Positions 9,426 through 19,631 are shown, counted from the first letter of the stretch. The stretch: 64,000 nt of DNA from an uncultured Anaerotruncus sp. (GCA_905210995.1 CAJLZE010000002.1:6179-70178), one strand, 5' to 3'. Numbers and translations are program-made. The notes: a model not told the origin generated them from the letters alone.

Positions 9426-9943
9426 AATACGATGAGAGCACCGGCACGGCAAGATCCGAAAAAAGCAAGGTAAGATTCGGTGCCGCGGATATTGTAATAA
9501 TCCTGCTGCTTCTGATATCGGTTGCATCGGTCGTGATACGCAGCGTTTCCGACAGCAATGTATTCAGCCGCAAGACCGATAAATGCCGGCTTGAATTCAC
9601 CGCCTCGGAAATACGATACACGACATATGATGCCATTGAGACCGACACAGATGTATATCTCGGTGATGAGCTTATAGGCAAGCTGTCGTCTCAGCCTGCA
9701 TATTCGCCAGCCGTGCTGCACACAACCGGGGATGATGGCGCACCGATAGATGTGCATTACCCGGAAAATACACTGATAGACATAAGCGGTATCATTGAGT
9801 GCGATCTCGTCAGCACCGACGGCGGATATGTGACGCCGGACGGAGTTCATCTTGCACCGGGATGCACCGTCACACTCAGGCTTCGCACAGTCGACCTTAC
9901 CGTTACCGTTACAAAGCTTGCACCTTCCGGGACGGCAAAATGA
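9422..9943 (+). CDS. Second membrane-anchored DUF4330-like protein
   Basis: ATGA overlap with the previous gene. The architecture is the same: basic N-terminus, TM helix AADIVIILLLLISVASVVI, beta-rich ectodomain. Confidence 0.6.
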   Translation: MKYDESTGTARSEKSKVRFGAADIVIILLLLISVASVVIRSVSDSNVFSRKTDKCRLEFTASEIRYTTYDAIETDTDVYLGDELIGKLSSQPAYSPAVLHTTGDDGAPIDVHYPENTLIDISGIIECDLVSTDGGYVTPDGVHLAPGCTVTLRLRTVDLTVTVTKLAPSGTAK

Positions 9944-10072
9944 CAGCAAATGTCGCACGGCGTCCAAAAAAGCAGTCGAGTGTATGAGCTTGATCCGGCG
10001 TATGCCGCATTATGTTAAAAAATTACCGAATCAGACGCGACAAGCAAGGGTAAATATCATTCATTTTGTCTA

Positions 10073-10101
10073 TTGATTTTAAATGTGACCTAAGTTATAA
10101 T
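10073..10101 (+). promoter_or_regulatory. Sigma-A-type promoter for ptsH
   Basis: TTGATT, 17 nt, then TATAAT. Confidence 0.55.
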
Positions 10102-10149
10102 ATTAAATAAGTTTAAAAGTGTGCCGAATGGCTTATTAAGGAGTCGGAT

Positions 10150-10413
10150 ATGATCTCACGCGATGTTACCATAAACAACAACGGCGGATTGCATGCAAGA
10201 CCCGCTACTTATTTCATTCAGAAAGCCAACTCTTACAACTCTTCCATCTGGATTCAGAAGGATGACCGCAAAATGAACGCAAAGAGCCTTCTCGGTGTAC
10301 TCTCCATCGGCATTGCCAAAGGAATGACCGTAACGCTTATCGCAGACGGTCCGGATGAAAAGGCTGCGCTCGACGGTCTGGAAGAGCTTATCAACAGCGG
10401 TTTCGCGGAATGA
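10150..10413 (+). CDS. ptsH: Phosphocarrier protein HPr
   Basis: The His15 context is NGGLHARPA and the Ser46 context is KMNAKSLLGVLSIG. Length is 87 aa, with an AAGGAG RBS. Confidence 0.9.
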   Translation: MISRDVTINNNGGLHARPATYFIQKANSYNSSIWIQKDDRKMNAKSLLGVLSIGIAKGMTVTLIADGPDEKAALDGLEELINSGFAE

Positions 10414-10540
10414 TCCGGAAACGGTCAAAGGTGTAAGATAAGGTGTCATACCGTCGAATGCTTTCGACCGTATCGGTAGATTCTGCTTTTTCGGTGACAT
10501 GCTTACCGGAACGGCGGCGCACGTCGCCGGCAGAACTTCA

Positions 10541-10590
10541 AGGGCTGGGGCGCGTTAGCGCAACAGCCCTGTTTGTCTTTTCATTTTTTA
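10541..10590 (+). terminator. Rho-independent terminator after ptsH
   Basis: AGGGCTG...CAGCCCT stem with an inner GCGC/GCGC pairing, followed by GTTTGTCTTTTCATTTTTT. Confidence 0.7.
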
Positions 10591-10614
10591 ATTCACCCGA
10601 AAGGAACGCTCGCC

Positions 10615-12516
10615 ATGGATAACGGAATCACGTCGGTTCGTACCGCTTCCGAAAGCAACGAGGAAAGACGTCTGCGCCTTCTAAGGGAAGCGTGCCTGAT
10701 CCCGCTCAGTCCCGGTGTGTATATAATGAAGGACGCGCGCGGAAAGGTCATTTATGTCGGAAAATCGCGCAAGCTGCGCGACCGTGTGTCGCAGTACTTT
10801 CGCAACGGTGAAAAAAATCTGAAAACACAGCGAATGACGTCGTCGGTGGACCGTTTCGAGTATATTCTCTGTGACACCGAAATGGAAGCGCTGACGCTTG
10901 AAAACACGCTGATAAAACAGTACACACCGCGGTACAATATAAAACTGAAGGATGCAAAGTCCTATCCGTATATCAAGATCACATCCGAAAAATACCCTCG
11001 GCTTGTTATGAGCCGCAAAAGGGAGGACGACAGAGCACGGTATTTCGGACCGTACTCGGGGACCTCTACTGTTTTTTCGGTCATATCTCTCGTCAATAAA
11101 ACACTTGGGCTACCGACCTGCAAAAAGAAGTTTCCCGCAGATATCGGCAAGGATCGACCGTGCCTTTACTACCGAATAGGTCAATGCAGAGGCGTGTGCA
11201 CGGGAAATGTCGGTGAGGCCGAATATCGCGGTCTTATCGACTGTGCCGCCGACGTGCTGCGCGGCAATACCGCGTCCGCCCGCCGTTCGCTCGAAGCGGA
11301 AATGTATGCTTACGCGGAAAAAGAAGCTTTTGAAGCGGCTGCGCGCTGCCGCGATACCATAAGAGCGCTCGAGGCTCTTTCGCAAAAACAGAAGGTCGTC
11401 GCCGCGCCCGATTGCGAGCAGGATGTCTGCGGCGTTTACTCTGATGACAGTATATCTATGCTGTCGCTTCTGTCGATACGCGGCGGCGCGCTTGTGGACA
11501 AGATGGATTTCCCGATCACCGGTGATGCGATCGCCGACTCAAAGGCATATGTATCTCTTTTGTGCGAGCATTACGGAAAAAGCGGATACGCACCGCGGCG
11601 TTTGCTCGTCGGCTTTGAGTGCGATGAGGAGGATCTCGGTATCCTTTCCGATTATCTCAGCGGCATTGCGGGAAGAAAAGTCGCAGTGAGCATTCCTGTC
11701 ATAGGCGATAACAGAAAGCTGTGCGATATGGCGGCAGAGAACGCCAAGGATGCCGCCGCGCGGATGAACCGCGACACGTCGCATGCCGAGGATGTTTCGG
11801 TGAAGCTTGCCGCAATGCTGAAACTCGAGGTCGTGCCCGAAAGGATCGAAGCATATGATATTTCAAACCTCGGTGACGAGCATATAACCGCAGGTATGAT
11901 AGTGACCGATCACGGACGTTTTCAGAAGCGTGATTACCGGTGCTTTACGATCAGATCGACCGGCGGCGCCGATGACTACGGCGCCATGCGCGAGGCGCTC
12001 ACGCGGAGATTTGCGCATCTTTCCGATGAATCTGGAGCCTTCTCGATCATACCCGACCTCATCCTGCTCGACGGCGGTGAAGAGCACCTGCGTGTCGCTC
12101 TTGATGTAATGCGCAAAACCGGTGTCAGCATACCGGCTGTGGGAATGGTAAAGGATGATCATCACAAGACCCGCGCGCTCATTACGCCAGAGGGCGAGGT
12201 GAGCATTGCACACGAAAGAGGAATTTACGGCTTTATATATCGCATTCAAGAGGAGGTACACCGCTTTACCGTGTCAAAAATGACGGGAGCGAAGCGAAAG
12301 ACCTACCGTACATCCACTCTTGAAAAAATAAACGGGATAGGTCCCGTCAAGGCAAAGCTGTTGCTTTCGGCGCTCGGCGGGCTGAATGCGGTAAAAAATG
12401 CCGATCTTGAAACGCTTTCGGCTGTGAACGGCATATCTCACGCCGAGGCATATGCGGTGTTCGAGTATTTTCATCCCGAGGCACAAACAGAGGACAATGA
12501 ACAGAAAGGACGGTGA
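10615..12516 (+). CDS. uvrC: Excinuclease ABC subunit C
   Basis: GIY-YIG block GVYIMKDARGKVIYVGKSRKLRDRVSQYF, UVR domain, RNase H-like endonuclease region and C-terminal (HhH)2 INGIGPVKAKLLL. The ATG at 10615 is preferred over the upstream TTG. Confidence 0.9.
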   Translation: MDNGITSVRTASESNEERRLRLLREACLIPLSPGVYIMKDARGKVIYVGKSRKLRDRVSQYFRNGEKNLKTQRMTSSVDRFEYILCDTEMEALTLENTLIKQYTPRYNIKLKDAKSYPYIKITSEKYPRLVMSRKREDDRARYFGPYSGTSTVFSVISLVNKTLGLPTCKKKFPADIGKDRPCLYYRIGQCRGVCTGNVGEAEYRGLIDCAADVLRGNTASARRSLEAEMYAYAEKEAFEAAARCRDTIRALEALSQKQKVVAAPDCEQDVCGVYSDDSISMLSLLSIRGGALVDKMDFPITGDAIADSKAYVSLLCEHYGKSGYAPRRLLVGFECDEEDLGILSDYLSGIAGRKVAVSIPVIGDNRKLCDMAAENAKDAAARMNRDTSHAEDVSVKLAAMLKLEVVPERIEAYDISNLGDEHITAGMIVTDHGRFQKRDYRCFTIRSTGGADDYGAMREALTRRFAHLSDESGAFSIIPDLILLDGGEEHLRVALDVMRKTGVSIPAVGMVKDDHHKTRALITPEGEVSIAHERGIYGFIYRIQEEVHRFTVSKMTGAKRKTYRTSTLEKINGIGPVKAKLLLSALGGLNAVKNADLETLSAVNGISHAEAYAVFEYFHPEAQTEDNEQKGR

Positions 12517-12525
12517 CGTTTTATT

Positions 12526-13104
12526 ATGATGCGTATAATCACTGGGAGCGCACGCGGCACAAAGCTGGCGGCTCCCGAAGGAATGACCACAAGACCCACC
12601 GCCGAGCGCGCCAAGGAGGCGGTTTTCTCGAGTCTGCAATTCGGAATACGCGGCAGAACGGTGCTCGATCTTTTTGCCGGTTCCGGACAGATGGGACTTG
12701 AAGCGCTGAGCCGCGGAGCTGCGTTTGCGGTCTTCTGCGATTCGTCGCCGGAAGCCGTTGCTGTGATCAAAAAAAATGCCGAAAAAACGCATCTTTCAGA
12801 CCGCTGTCGAATAGTCGGCGGAGATTCGCTCGATTTTTTGCGAACATCGGCGCGGGCGCTGCGGTTCGATATCGTTTTTATTGATCCGCCGTATGCCTCG
12901 GGGCTTGTTCCGAAATGTCTTGCAGCGCTTGCGGACCACGGTTTGCTGAATAAAGACGCGGTAGTCATATGCGAGACCGCGCGGGGAGCCGATCCGTTCG
13001 GCGGAGATGCCGCGCTGAAGAACAGATTTGAGATCGTAAAAGAATCGGTATACGGAGCGGCGTATGTAACGATCATTAAACCGCGCGCCGGAGGATCGGA
13101 ATGA
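12526..13104 (+). CDS. rsmD: 16S rRNA (guanine966-N2)-methyltransferase RsmD
   Basis: MRIITGSARGTKL..TRPT..RAKEAVFSSL, the SAM motif LDLFAGSG and the DPPY motif (FIDPPY). Confidence 0.85.
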   Translation: MMRIITGSARGTKLAAPEGMTTRPTAERAKEAVFSSLQFGIRGRTVLDLFAGSGQMGLEALSRGAAFAVFCDSSPEAVAVIKKNAEKTHLSDRCRIVGGDSLDFLRTSARALRFDIVFIDPPYASGLVPKCLAALADHGLLNKDAVVICETARGADPFGGDAALKNRFEIVKESVYGAAYVTIIKPRAGGSE

Positions 13105-13610
13105 GGACTGCAATAATACCGGGCAGCTTTGACCCGATGACGATAGGTCATAAAAATATAATCGAACGCTCTTCCCGCCTTTTTGACCGGATCATAGTTG
13201 CGATAATGGTCAACCCGGACAAAAAAGGATTTTTCAGCTTCGCGGAGCGGAAAAAGATAGCGGAGCTGTCGCTTGCTGATATCGAAAACGTGACGGTCAT
13301 GACCGCCGACGGATATCTTGCCGATCTTGCTGCGGCACTCGGAGCGTGCGCGATAATAAAAGGTGTGCGCAATGCCGACGATTTTGAGTATGAGCAGGAA
13401 ATGGCTGCGTTCAATCATGACCGCAATCCTCACTGCGAAACAATGTATCTGCCGGCATACGGCGATATGAGCGATGTAAGCTCGTCGCTTGTGCGCCGTG
13501 CGGCGTGCGAAGAGGACGTTCTTCGTCTTATCGACCGCAATGCAGCTCAATACATCAGAGAACTGGGAAGGCTCCCGGTACAAACACATAAGGAAGGACC
13601 TCAAAAATGA
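13101..13610 (+). CDS. coaD: Phosphopantetheine adenylyltransferase
   Basis: AIIPGSFDPMTIGHKNIIERS is the T/HxGH nucleotidyltransferase motif. GGAGG RBS and a 4-nt overlap with rsmD. Confidence 0.9.
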   Translation: MRTAIIPGSFDPMTIGHKNIIERSSRLFDRIIVAIMVNPDKKGFFSFAERKKIAELSLADIENVTVMTADGYLADLAAALGACAIIKGVRNADDFEYEQEMAAFNHDRNPHCETMYLPAYGDMSDVSSSLVRRAACEEDVLRLIDRNAAQYIRELGRLPVQTHKEGPQK

Positions 13611-15514
13611 AAGACGGATTTATAAAAGTCGCCGCTGCAGTCCCTGAGCTGAAGGTCGCGGATTGTGCATTCAACGCAGATAAAACTATCGAACTTGCAA
13701 AAAAAACTGCCGGTACGGGCGCTGTGATAACGGTTTTTCCCGAGCTCGGCATCACCGGATACACATGTCAAGATCTTTTCTTCCATGATACACTCATAAA
13801 AGCCGCCGAGCGCGAGACCGCAAGAGTTGCAGCGGCAACATCCGACCTCGGTACGCTTATTTTCATCGGTGTGCCGTTCAGAAGATCCGGAAAAATATAT
13901 AACGTCGCCGCGGCGCTGTGGCGCGGCAGACTGCTCGGTCTTGTTCCGAAGAGCCTGATACCGAATTACGGCGAGTTCTACGAAATACGCCAGTTCACAT
14001 CCGCCAAAGACGTCACCGAAACGGTGAGCTATGCTGGGCAGACCTGCCCATTCGGAACAAAGCTGCTTTTCTGTCACGATCATCTTGACGAGCTGACCGT
14101 TGCAGCGGAAATATGCGAGGATGTATGGGGACAGATGCCGCCGTCGGTATCGCACTGTGCCGCCGGTGCGACAGTTATAGTCAACCTTTCGGCGTCGAAC
14201 GAGCTTATCGGCAAGGCGGAATACCGCCGCAGCCTCATATCGCAAAACTCCGCGCACAATATCTGCGGCTACATTTACACATCCGCGGGTTCGGGCGAAT
14301 CGACCACCGATCTTGTATTTGCGGGACATTCGATGATCTGCGAAAACGGCGCAATGCTCGCCGAAAAAAAGCCGTTCTCTGGCGAAGAGATGCTCACCGC
14401 CGACATTGACGTTAAAAAGCTCACATTCGAACGCTCAAAAAACAACGTTTTCAGGTGCGGCGACGACGCGGGATACACAAAGATCTCATTCGGCGACGAG
14501 CTCACCGAGACGCATCTTGAGCGCACCTTTGCACGCCGCCCGTTCGTTCCCGAGAATGACGGTATACGCGGCAACCGCTGCGGGCTTATACTTGATATGC
14601 AGTCCGTCGCGCTTGCAAAGCGCCTGAAGCACACCGGAGCAAAGACAGCCGTAGTAGGCATCTCGGGCGGTCTTGATTCCACGCTCGCCCTTATCGTTGC
14701 AGTACGCGCCATGGAAAAGCTCGGACGCCCGGCATCCGACGTTCTGACAGTCACAATGCCATGCTTCGGCACAGGAAAGCGCACGCGCAGCAACGCCGAG
14801 GATCTCTCGCTGCTGCTCGGCACCGACTTTCGCTGCGTCGATATCGCCGCAGCCGCAGAGCAGCACCTTCATGACATCGGACACACGCTTGATAATTACG
14901 ATGTGACATACGAGAATGCTCAGGCACGCGAACGCACGCAGGTCCTTATGGATATCGCAAACCAGACCGGCGGAATAGTTATCGGTACCGGTGACCTTTC
15001 GGAGGTCGCACTCGGCTGGTCGACCTATAACGGCGACCATATGTCGATGTACGGCGTAAACTGCACCGTCCCTAAAACGCTTGTCCGCTACGTCGTGCGT
15101 CATTACGCCGACAACTGCGGAAACGAAAAGCTTGCAGCAGTGCTTTGCGATATTCTCGACACTCCCGTCTCACCCGAGCTTGTGCCGTCAAAGCCGGGCG
15201 AGATAAACCAGCGCACAGAGGACATCCTCGGCACATACGAATTGCACGACTTTTTCCTTTATTATATGATACGCGCGGGATATTCTCCCGAAAAGCTCTA
15301 CCGTATTGCAAAGCTCAGCTTTGCGGGAACGTATGACGATGAATATATAAAAAAGACGCTGCGCCTTTTCTGCCGCCGTTTCTTTGCACAGCAGTTCAAG
15401 CGCTCCTGCATTCCCGACGGTGTGAAGGTCGGTACCGTTGCACTCTCGCCGCGCGGCGACTGGCGTATGTCGTCGGACACTTCCGCCGCCGAATGGCTGG
15501 CGCAGCTTGACTGA
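13607..15514 (+). CDS. nadE: Glutamine-dependent NAD+ synthetase (long form: nitrilase domain plus synthetase domain)
   Basis: N-terminal CN-hydrolase domain (FPELGITGY, EICEDVW) and the C-terminal ATP-PPase motif GISGGLDST. Length 635 aa. Confidence 0.85.
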   Translation: MKDGFIKVAAAVPELKVADCAFNADKTIELAKKTAGTGAVITVFPELGITGYTCQDLFFHDTLIKAAERETARVAAATSDLGTLIFIGVPFRRSGKIYNVAAALWRGRLLGLVPKSLIPNYGEFYEIRQFTSAKDVTETVSYAGQTCPFGTKLLFCHDHLDELTVAAEICEDVWGQMPPSVSHCAAGATVIVNLSASNELIGKAEYRRSLISQNSAHNICGYIYTSAGSGESTTDLVFAGHSMICENGAMLAEKKPFSGEEMLTADIDVKKLTFERSKNNVFRCGDDAGYTKISFGDELTETHLERTFARRPFVPENDGIRGNRCGLILDMQSVALAKRLKHTGAKTAVVGISGGLDSTLALIVAVRAMEKLGRPASDVLTVTMPCFGTGKRTRSNAEDLSLLLGTDFRCVDIAAAAEQHLHDIGHTLDNYDVTYENAQARERTQVLMDIANQTGGIVIGTGDLSEVALGWSTYNGDHMSMYGVNCTVPKTLVRYVVRHYADNCGNEKLAAVLCDILDTPVSPELVPSKPGEINQRTEDILGTYELHDFFLYYMIRAGYSPEKLYRIAKLSFAGTYDDEYIKKTLRLFCRRFFAQQFKRSCIPDGVKVGTVALSPRGDWRMSSDTSAAEWLAQLD

Positions 15515-15518
15515 CGAC

Positions 15519-15875
15519 ATGACCGGCGTGAAAGAGCGCACGGCAGAAGGTGGGACGTTTGCCGACAGAGTACGATCCGCCGTTGCGTCCATCCCCGCGG
15601 GACGTGTTGCATCTTATGCGGCGGTCGCGGCTGCAGCAGGCAGCCCGCGCGCTGTGCGGGCGGTAGGAAACATTCTGCATTTCAACCGCGACCCGATCGC
15701 GCTGCCCTGCCACCGTGTAGTGAACTGCGAGGGGCGTCTGGCACCGCATTTCGGCATGGGCGGTCCGCTGATACAGAAGGAACGGCTTGAAGCCGAGGGC
15801 GTACCGTCGGTGCGACGCGAAAATGATTATTACGTCGATATGAAAAAATACGGATATCACTTTGAGCACGACTGA
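15519..15875 (+). CDS. MGMT-family protein (methyltransferase DNA-binding domain with a PCHRV cysteine)
   Basis: IPAGRVASYAAVAAAAGSPRAVRAVGNIL....LPCHRVV. The short ATG start at 15519 is preferred because the longer ORF overlaps nadE. Confidence 0.75.
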   Translation: MTGVKERTAEGGTFADRVRSAVASIPAGRVASYAAVAAAAGSPRAVRAVGNILHFNRDPIALPCHRVVNCEGRLAPHFGMGGPLIQKERLEAEGVPSVRRENDYYVDMKKYGYHFEHD

Positions 15876-15903
15876 ATAACTCAGAATAAAGGTATGGTGT
15901 GCA

Positions 15904-16605
15904 ATGGCTTATATCAGTTTTGAAAACGTCTGCAAATACTATAAAATGGGGCAGAATGTGATCGCTGCTGCCGATAATCTAAATTTTACGGTCGATAAGG
16001 GCGAGTTCTGCGTTGTCGTCGGTCCCTCAGGTGCCGGAAAGACGACACTTCTCAACATACTTGGCGGCATGGATGTCTGCGACAGCGGAAAGATCATGCT
16101 CGACGGCGATGAGGTGAGTTCGTTCAGCAAGAAAAGACTGACCGATTACCGCAGATATGACGTCGGATTCGTTTTTCAGTTTTACAACCTTGTTCCCAAC
16201 CTCACAGCGCTTGAAAATGTTGAGCTTGCCGGCGAAATAAGCCGCGACCCGCTCCCGGCAGCTGACGTGCTGCGTTCAGTCGGACTTGAGGAACGTGCAC
16301 AGAACTTTCCGGCACAGCTCTCGGGCGGAGAGCAGCAGCGCGTTTCCATCGCACGCGCCCTTGCCAAAAACCCCAAGCTCCTGCTTTGCGACGAGCCTAC
16401 GGGCGCTCTTGACTACCAGACAGGCAAAAGCATACTCAAGCTCCTTTGGGACAGCTGCCGCAGCACCGGCAAGACGGTCATCGTCATAACACACAACAGT
16501 GCGCTGACCAAAATGGCAGACCGCATCATAAGGATAAAGAACGGTCAGATCGTTTCGTGCGAAAAGAATCCTTCGCCCGTGCCCGTGAGCGAGATCGAGT
16601 GGTAA
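15904..16605 (+). CDS. ABC transporter ATP-binding protein (MacB/LolD-like)
   Basis: Walker [10 protein letters not shown], signature [15 protein letters not shown] and Walker [13 protein letters not shown]. Confidence 0.9.
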   Translation: MAYISFENVCKYYKMGQNVIAAADNLNFTVDKGEFCVVVGPSGAGKTTLLNILGGMDVCDSGKIMLDGDEVSSFSKKRLTDYRRYDVGFVFQFYNLVPNLTALENVELAGEISRDPLPAADVLRSVGLEERAQNFPAQLSGGEQQRVSIARALAKNPKLLLCDEPTGALDYQTGKSILKLLWDSCRSTGKTVIVITHNSALTKMADRIIRIKNGQIVSCEKNPSPVPVSEIEW

Positions 16606-16611
16606 CGGAGA

Positions 16612-19600
16612 ATGAAGAAAACATATTTTCTGATGATCCTGCGCAGCGTGTACCGCACAAAATCAAGGTTTCTTTCGATACTTGCGATCGTTGCGGTAGG
16701 CGTCGGTTTTCTCGGCGGGCTTTTGTCCACCGCGCCGGATATGCAGCTCACTGCTGACAAGTATTACGATGACTACCGTTTTTTTGATATAGACGTCAAG
16801 GGAACGATGGGGCTTACCGACGACGACGCGGATGAGCTCTCGAAGCTTGAATGCGTTGACAGGGCAATGCCCGCGCGCGTCACCGACGTCAATCTCGACT
16901 GCCTCGGCGAGGCATATGTCACACGCGTGTACGGAGTTGACCTTTCCGCACGCGGCAGCGACGGGTTCATAAACGATTTTGAACTTGTTGACGGAAGAAT
17001 GCCGGAAAACGCCGGCGAATGCCTTATCGCTTCACCGAACGGCTACACCTCCGACCATAAGGTCGGCGAGGTCTTCACGATATCCGCCTCAAACCGCGAT
17101 ATCGAAGGAACATATGCGTTCGAATCCCTTACGGTCTCCGGAATCGTGCGCTGCCCGCAGTATATGTCGATCGAACGCGAGCCTTCGACCGTCGGCACGG
17201 GCAGGGTAAACGTCATAATGTTCGTGTATCCCGAATGCTATGCGCTCGAGCCGTACACGGATATATTCCTGCGCCTTACCGGTGCGGCAGAGCTTAACAC
17301 CTTTTCCGACAAATATTTTGAGCTCGTTGACAACGCCGAAGAGAAGCTTGACGATTTCGGCAAGGAACGCAGCGATATAAGATTTGAATCGATAAAAAGC
17401 AACGCTTCCGCCGAGATCGCGGATGCCAAAAAACAGTATAACGATTCCAAGGACCGCGCAGACCGCGAGCTTGCCGCCGCCAAAGGCAAGATAGATGACG
17501 CCGAGACTCAGATAAAGGATGCCGAGGCAAAGCTTGAAGCTTCGAGAGCGGAATACACCGCCAAAAAAGCAGAGATCGAAGCAAAGCGCAGCGAATTAAC
17601 GTCTGCCTATGAAACGCTCGAACGCACGGTTGCGGCATCAAAAGCCAATGCCGAGCGTAAATACGGCAGCAACACGGCAGCGCTTGAAGCAGCACTTGCG
17701 GCGATCGAAAAAACGGCAGCGGAGCAAAGAGCCTCGCTCGATGCAGCCGATACCGAATTGAATGGCTATGAGACGGCGCTCGGAGAATCGGAGAAAAGCC
17801 TTTCCGACGCGGCAGGGAAGATCGAAACAGAAAAAAATAAGCTTGCCGACGCCCGCCGCGAATATGATGAATCGGAGAAAAAAGCCCGTGAGGAGCTTGC
17901 CGATGCCGAAACGAAGATAAAAGACGCCGAGGAAAAGCTCGAAAGCCTTGACACGCCCTCGTGGTATATAACCGACCGCCGTGACAATATCAGCTTCAAC
18001 AGCTATCGCGGCAATTCCAACAAGATAAATGCGATAGCCCGTGTATTTCCCGTATTTTTCTTCTTTGTTGCTGCACTTGTAGCTCTTACGACAATGACGC
18101 GTATGGTAGAAGAGGAACGCACACAGATGGGCACGCTCAAAGCACTCGGGTATTCCGACGGCGTGATAATGGCATATTATCTCGCCTATTCGGTGCTCGC
18201 CAGCGCGCTCGGCAGTCTTGTCGGCGCAGCGATAGGCTTCCGCTCGCTACCCAAGGTCATAGCCGGTGCGTACTCGATGCTCTATGATGTGCCCGCGACA
18301 CTCACGCCGTTCAGGTGGAATTACTTTGCCATCATAACACCGATAGCAATAGTCTGCACCTCCGCCGCAACATTTGCAGCCTGCATATCCGAGCTGCGCG
18401 AACGCCCCGCATCCCTCATGCGTCAGCGTGCACCGAAAGCCGGGAAGAGGATATTCCTCGAACGTATCTCCATCATCTGGCGCCATCTCGGATTTACGGC
18501 AAAGGTTACGGTGCGCAATATAATCCGATACAAGAAACGTTTCTTCATGACCGTTTTCGGCATCGCGGGTTGCACGGCGCTGCTTCTGACCGCATTCGGG
18601 CTGCGTGACTCGATACACGACATAGTGGATAAGCAGTTCGGAGATATATATAAGTATGACCTCACCGTCTACGTTTCGTCGGGCACCGATGTCGGCACCG
18701 ACCGCGAGCTTTCCGACTTTCTCGCTTCCGGGTACACAAGAGGGTATCTTGCCATGCATACCGAATCGGGAAAGATAGGGAAGGAAGGTCTTGCAATACA
18801 GGTAACGGATGATCCCGGCTCCTTCCGCGATTTTGTTACGCTGCGCGAACGCAAAAGCGGAAAGAGCATTGATTTCACCGCGGATACAGACGGCGTGATA
18901 CTAACCGAAAAAATATGCGAGACACTTGGCGTGAAGGTCGGCGACACAGTAGAACTTCAGGATGCCGACGGTATGACAGCCGCCGTAAGAGTCGCCGGTA
19001 TAACCGAAAATTACGTCACAAGCTATTGCTACATGACCGACAAGACGTATGAAGCCGCATTCGGACACAAATCCGAAACCAATATGCTTCTTGTGGGATT
19101 AACAGCCGATGACGCGGAGTCACGCGACGCCGCGGCGCAGGAAATACTGAAAAGCGGCAATATCCTTATGATGACATTTTCACAGACGATACGCGAAAGC
19201 TTTTCAAACACCGTAAAAAAGATCGACTATATCGTAATGGTGCTGATCTTTTCGGCCGGTCTGCTTGCCGTTATCGTTGTATACAACCTCACAAATATAA
19301 ACATCTGCGAACGCAGAAAAGAGCTTGCGACTCTGCGTGTCCTCGGCTTCCACAATTCCGAGACCGCGTCATACATCTACCGTGAAACGGGAATACTCAC
19401 CGTAGTAGGTATTCTTGTCGGCTTTGCGTTCGGCGTCTGGCTGCATTCGTTCGTCGTAAGAACAGCCGAGGTCGATGCAGTAATGTTCGGAAGAAGCGTA
19501 TACGCGGCGAGCTACCTTTGGGCTGCGCTCGTCACCGCGGGATTTGCCGCTGCGGTCGACCTTATGATGTATCCCGTGATAAAGCGCATTGATATGGTCG

Positions 19601-19623
19601 AAGCAATGAAAGCAAATGAGTGA
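16612..19623 (+). CDS. FtsX-family ABC permease of 1003 aa, with two FtsX modules and a roughly 215-aa coiled-coil insertion
   Basis: There are two FtsX-type TM blocks (..ERTQMGTLKALGY.. and ..ERRKELATLRVLGF..). Residues about 240-455 are heptad-like and rich in Ala/Glu/Lys. Confidence 0.85.
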   Translation: MKKTYFLMILRSVYRTKSRFLSILAIVAVGVGFLGGLLSTAPDMQLTADKYYDDYRFFDIDVKGTMGLTDDDADELSKLECVDRAMPARVTDVNLDCLGEAYVTRVYGVDLSARGSDGFINDFELVDGRMPENAGECLIASPNGYTSDHKVGEVFTISASNRDIEGTYAFESLTVSGIVRCPQYMSIEREPSTVGTGRVNVIMFVYPECYALEPYTDIFLRLTGAAELNTFSDKYFELVDNAEEKLDDFGKERSDIRFESIKSNASAEIADAKKQYNDSKDRADRELAAAKGKIDDAETQIKDAEAKLEASRAEYTAKKAEIEAKRSELTSAYETLERTVAASKANAERKYGSNTAALEAALAAIEKTAAEQRASLDAADTELNGYETALGESEKSLSDAAGKIETEKNKLADARREYDESEKKAREELADAETKIKDAEEKLESLDTPSWYITDRRDNISFNSYRGNSNKINAIARVFPVFFFFVAALVALTTMTRMVEEERTQMGTLKALGYSDGVIMAYYLAYSVLASALGSLVGAAIGFRSLPKVIAGAYSMLYDVPATLTPFRWNYFAIITPIAIVCTSAATFAACISELRERPASLMRQRAPKAGKRIFLERISIIWRHLGFTAKVTVRNIIRYKKRFFMTVFGIAGCTALLLTAFGLRDSIHDIVDKQFGDIYKYDLTVYVSSGTDVGTDRELSDFLASGYTRGYLAMHTESGKIGKEGLAIQVTDDPGSFRDFVTLRERKSGKSIDFTADTDGVILTEKICETLGVKVGDTVELQDADGMTAAVRVAGITENYVTSYCYMTDKTYEAAFGHKSETNMLLVGLTADDAESRDAAAQEILKSGNILMMTFSQTIRESFSNTVKKIDYIVMVLIFSAGLLAVIVVYNLTNINICERRKELATLRVLGFHNSETASYIYRETGILTVVGILVGFAFGVWLHSFVVRTAEVDAVMFGRSVYAASYLWAALVTAGFAAAVDLMMYPVIKRIDMVEAMKANE

Positions 19624-19631
19624 GATGTCGA

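Noticed and set aside
12471-13604. 377-aa minus-strand ORF spanning rsmD and coaD.
   Set aside because: It lies antisense to two genes with unmistakable motifs (DPPY; the HxGH nucleotidyltransferase motif). Its sequence is low-complexity and Arg/Ser/Ala-rich. It is a shadow ORF.
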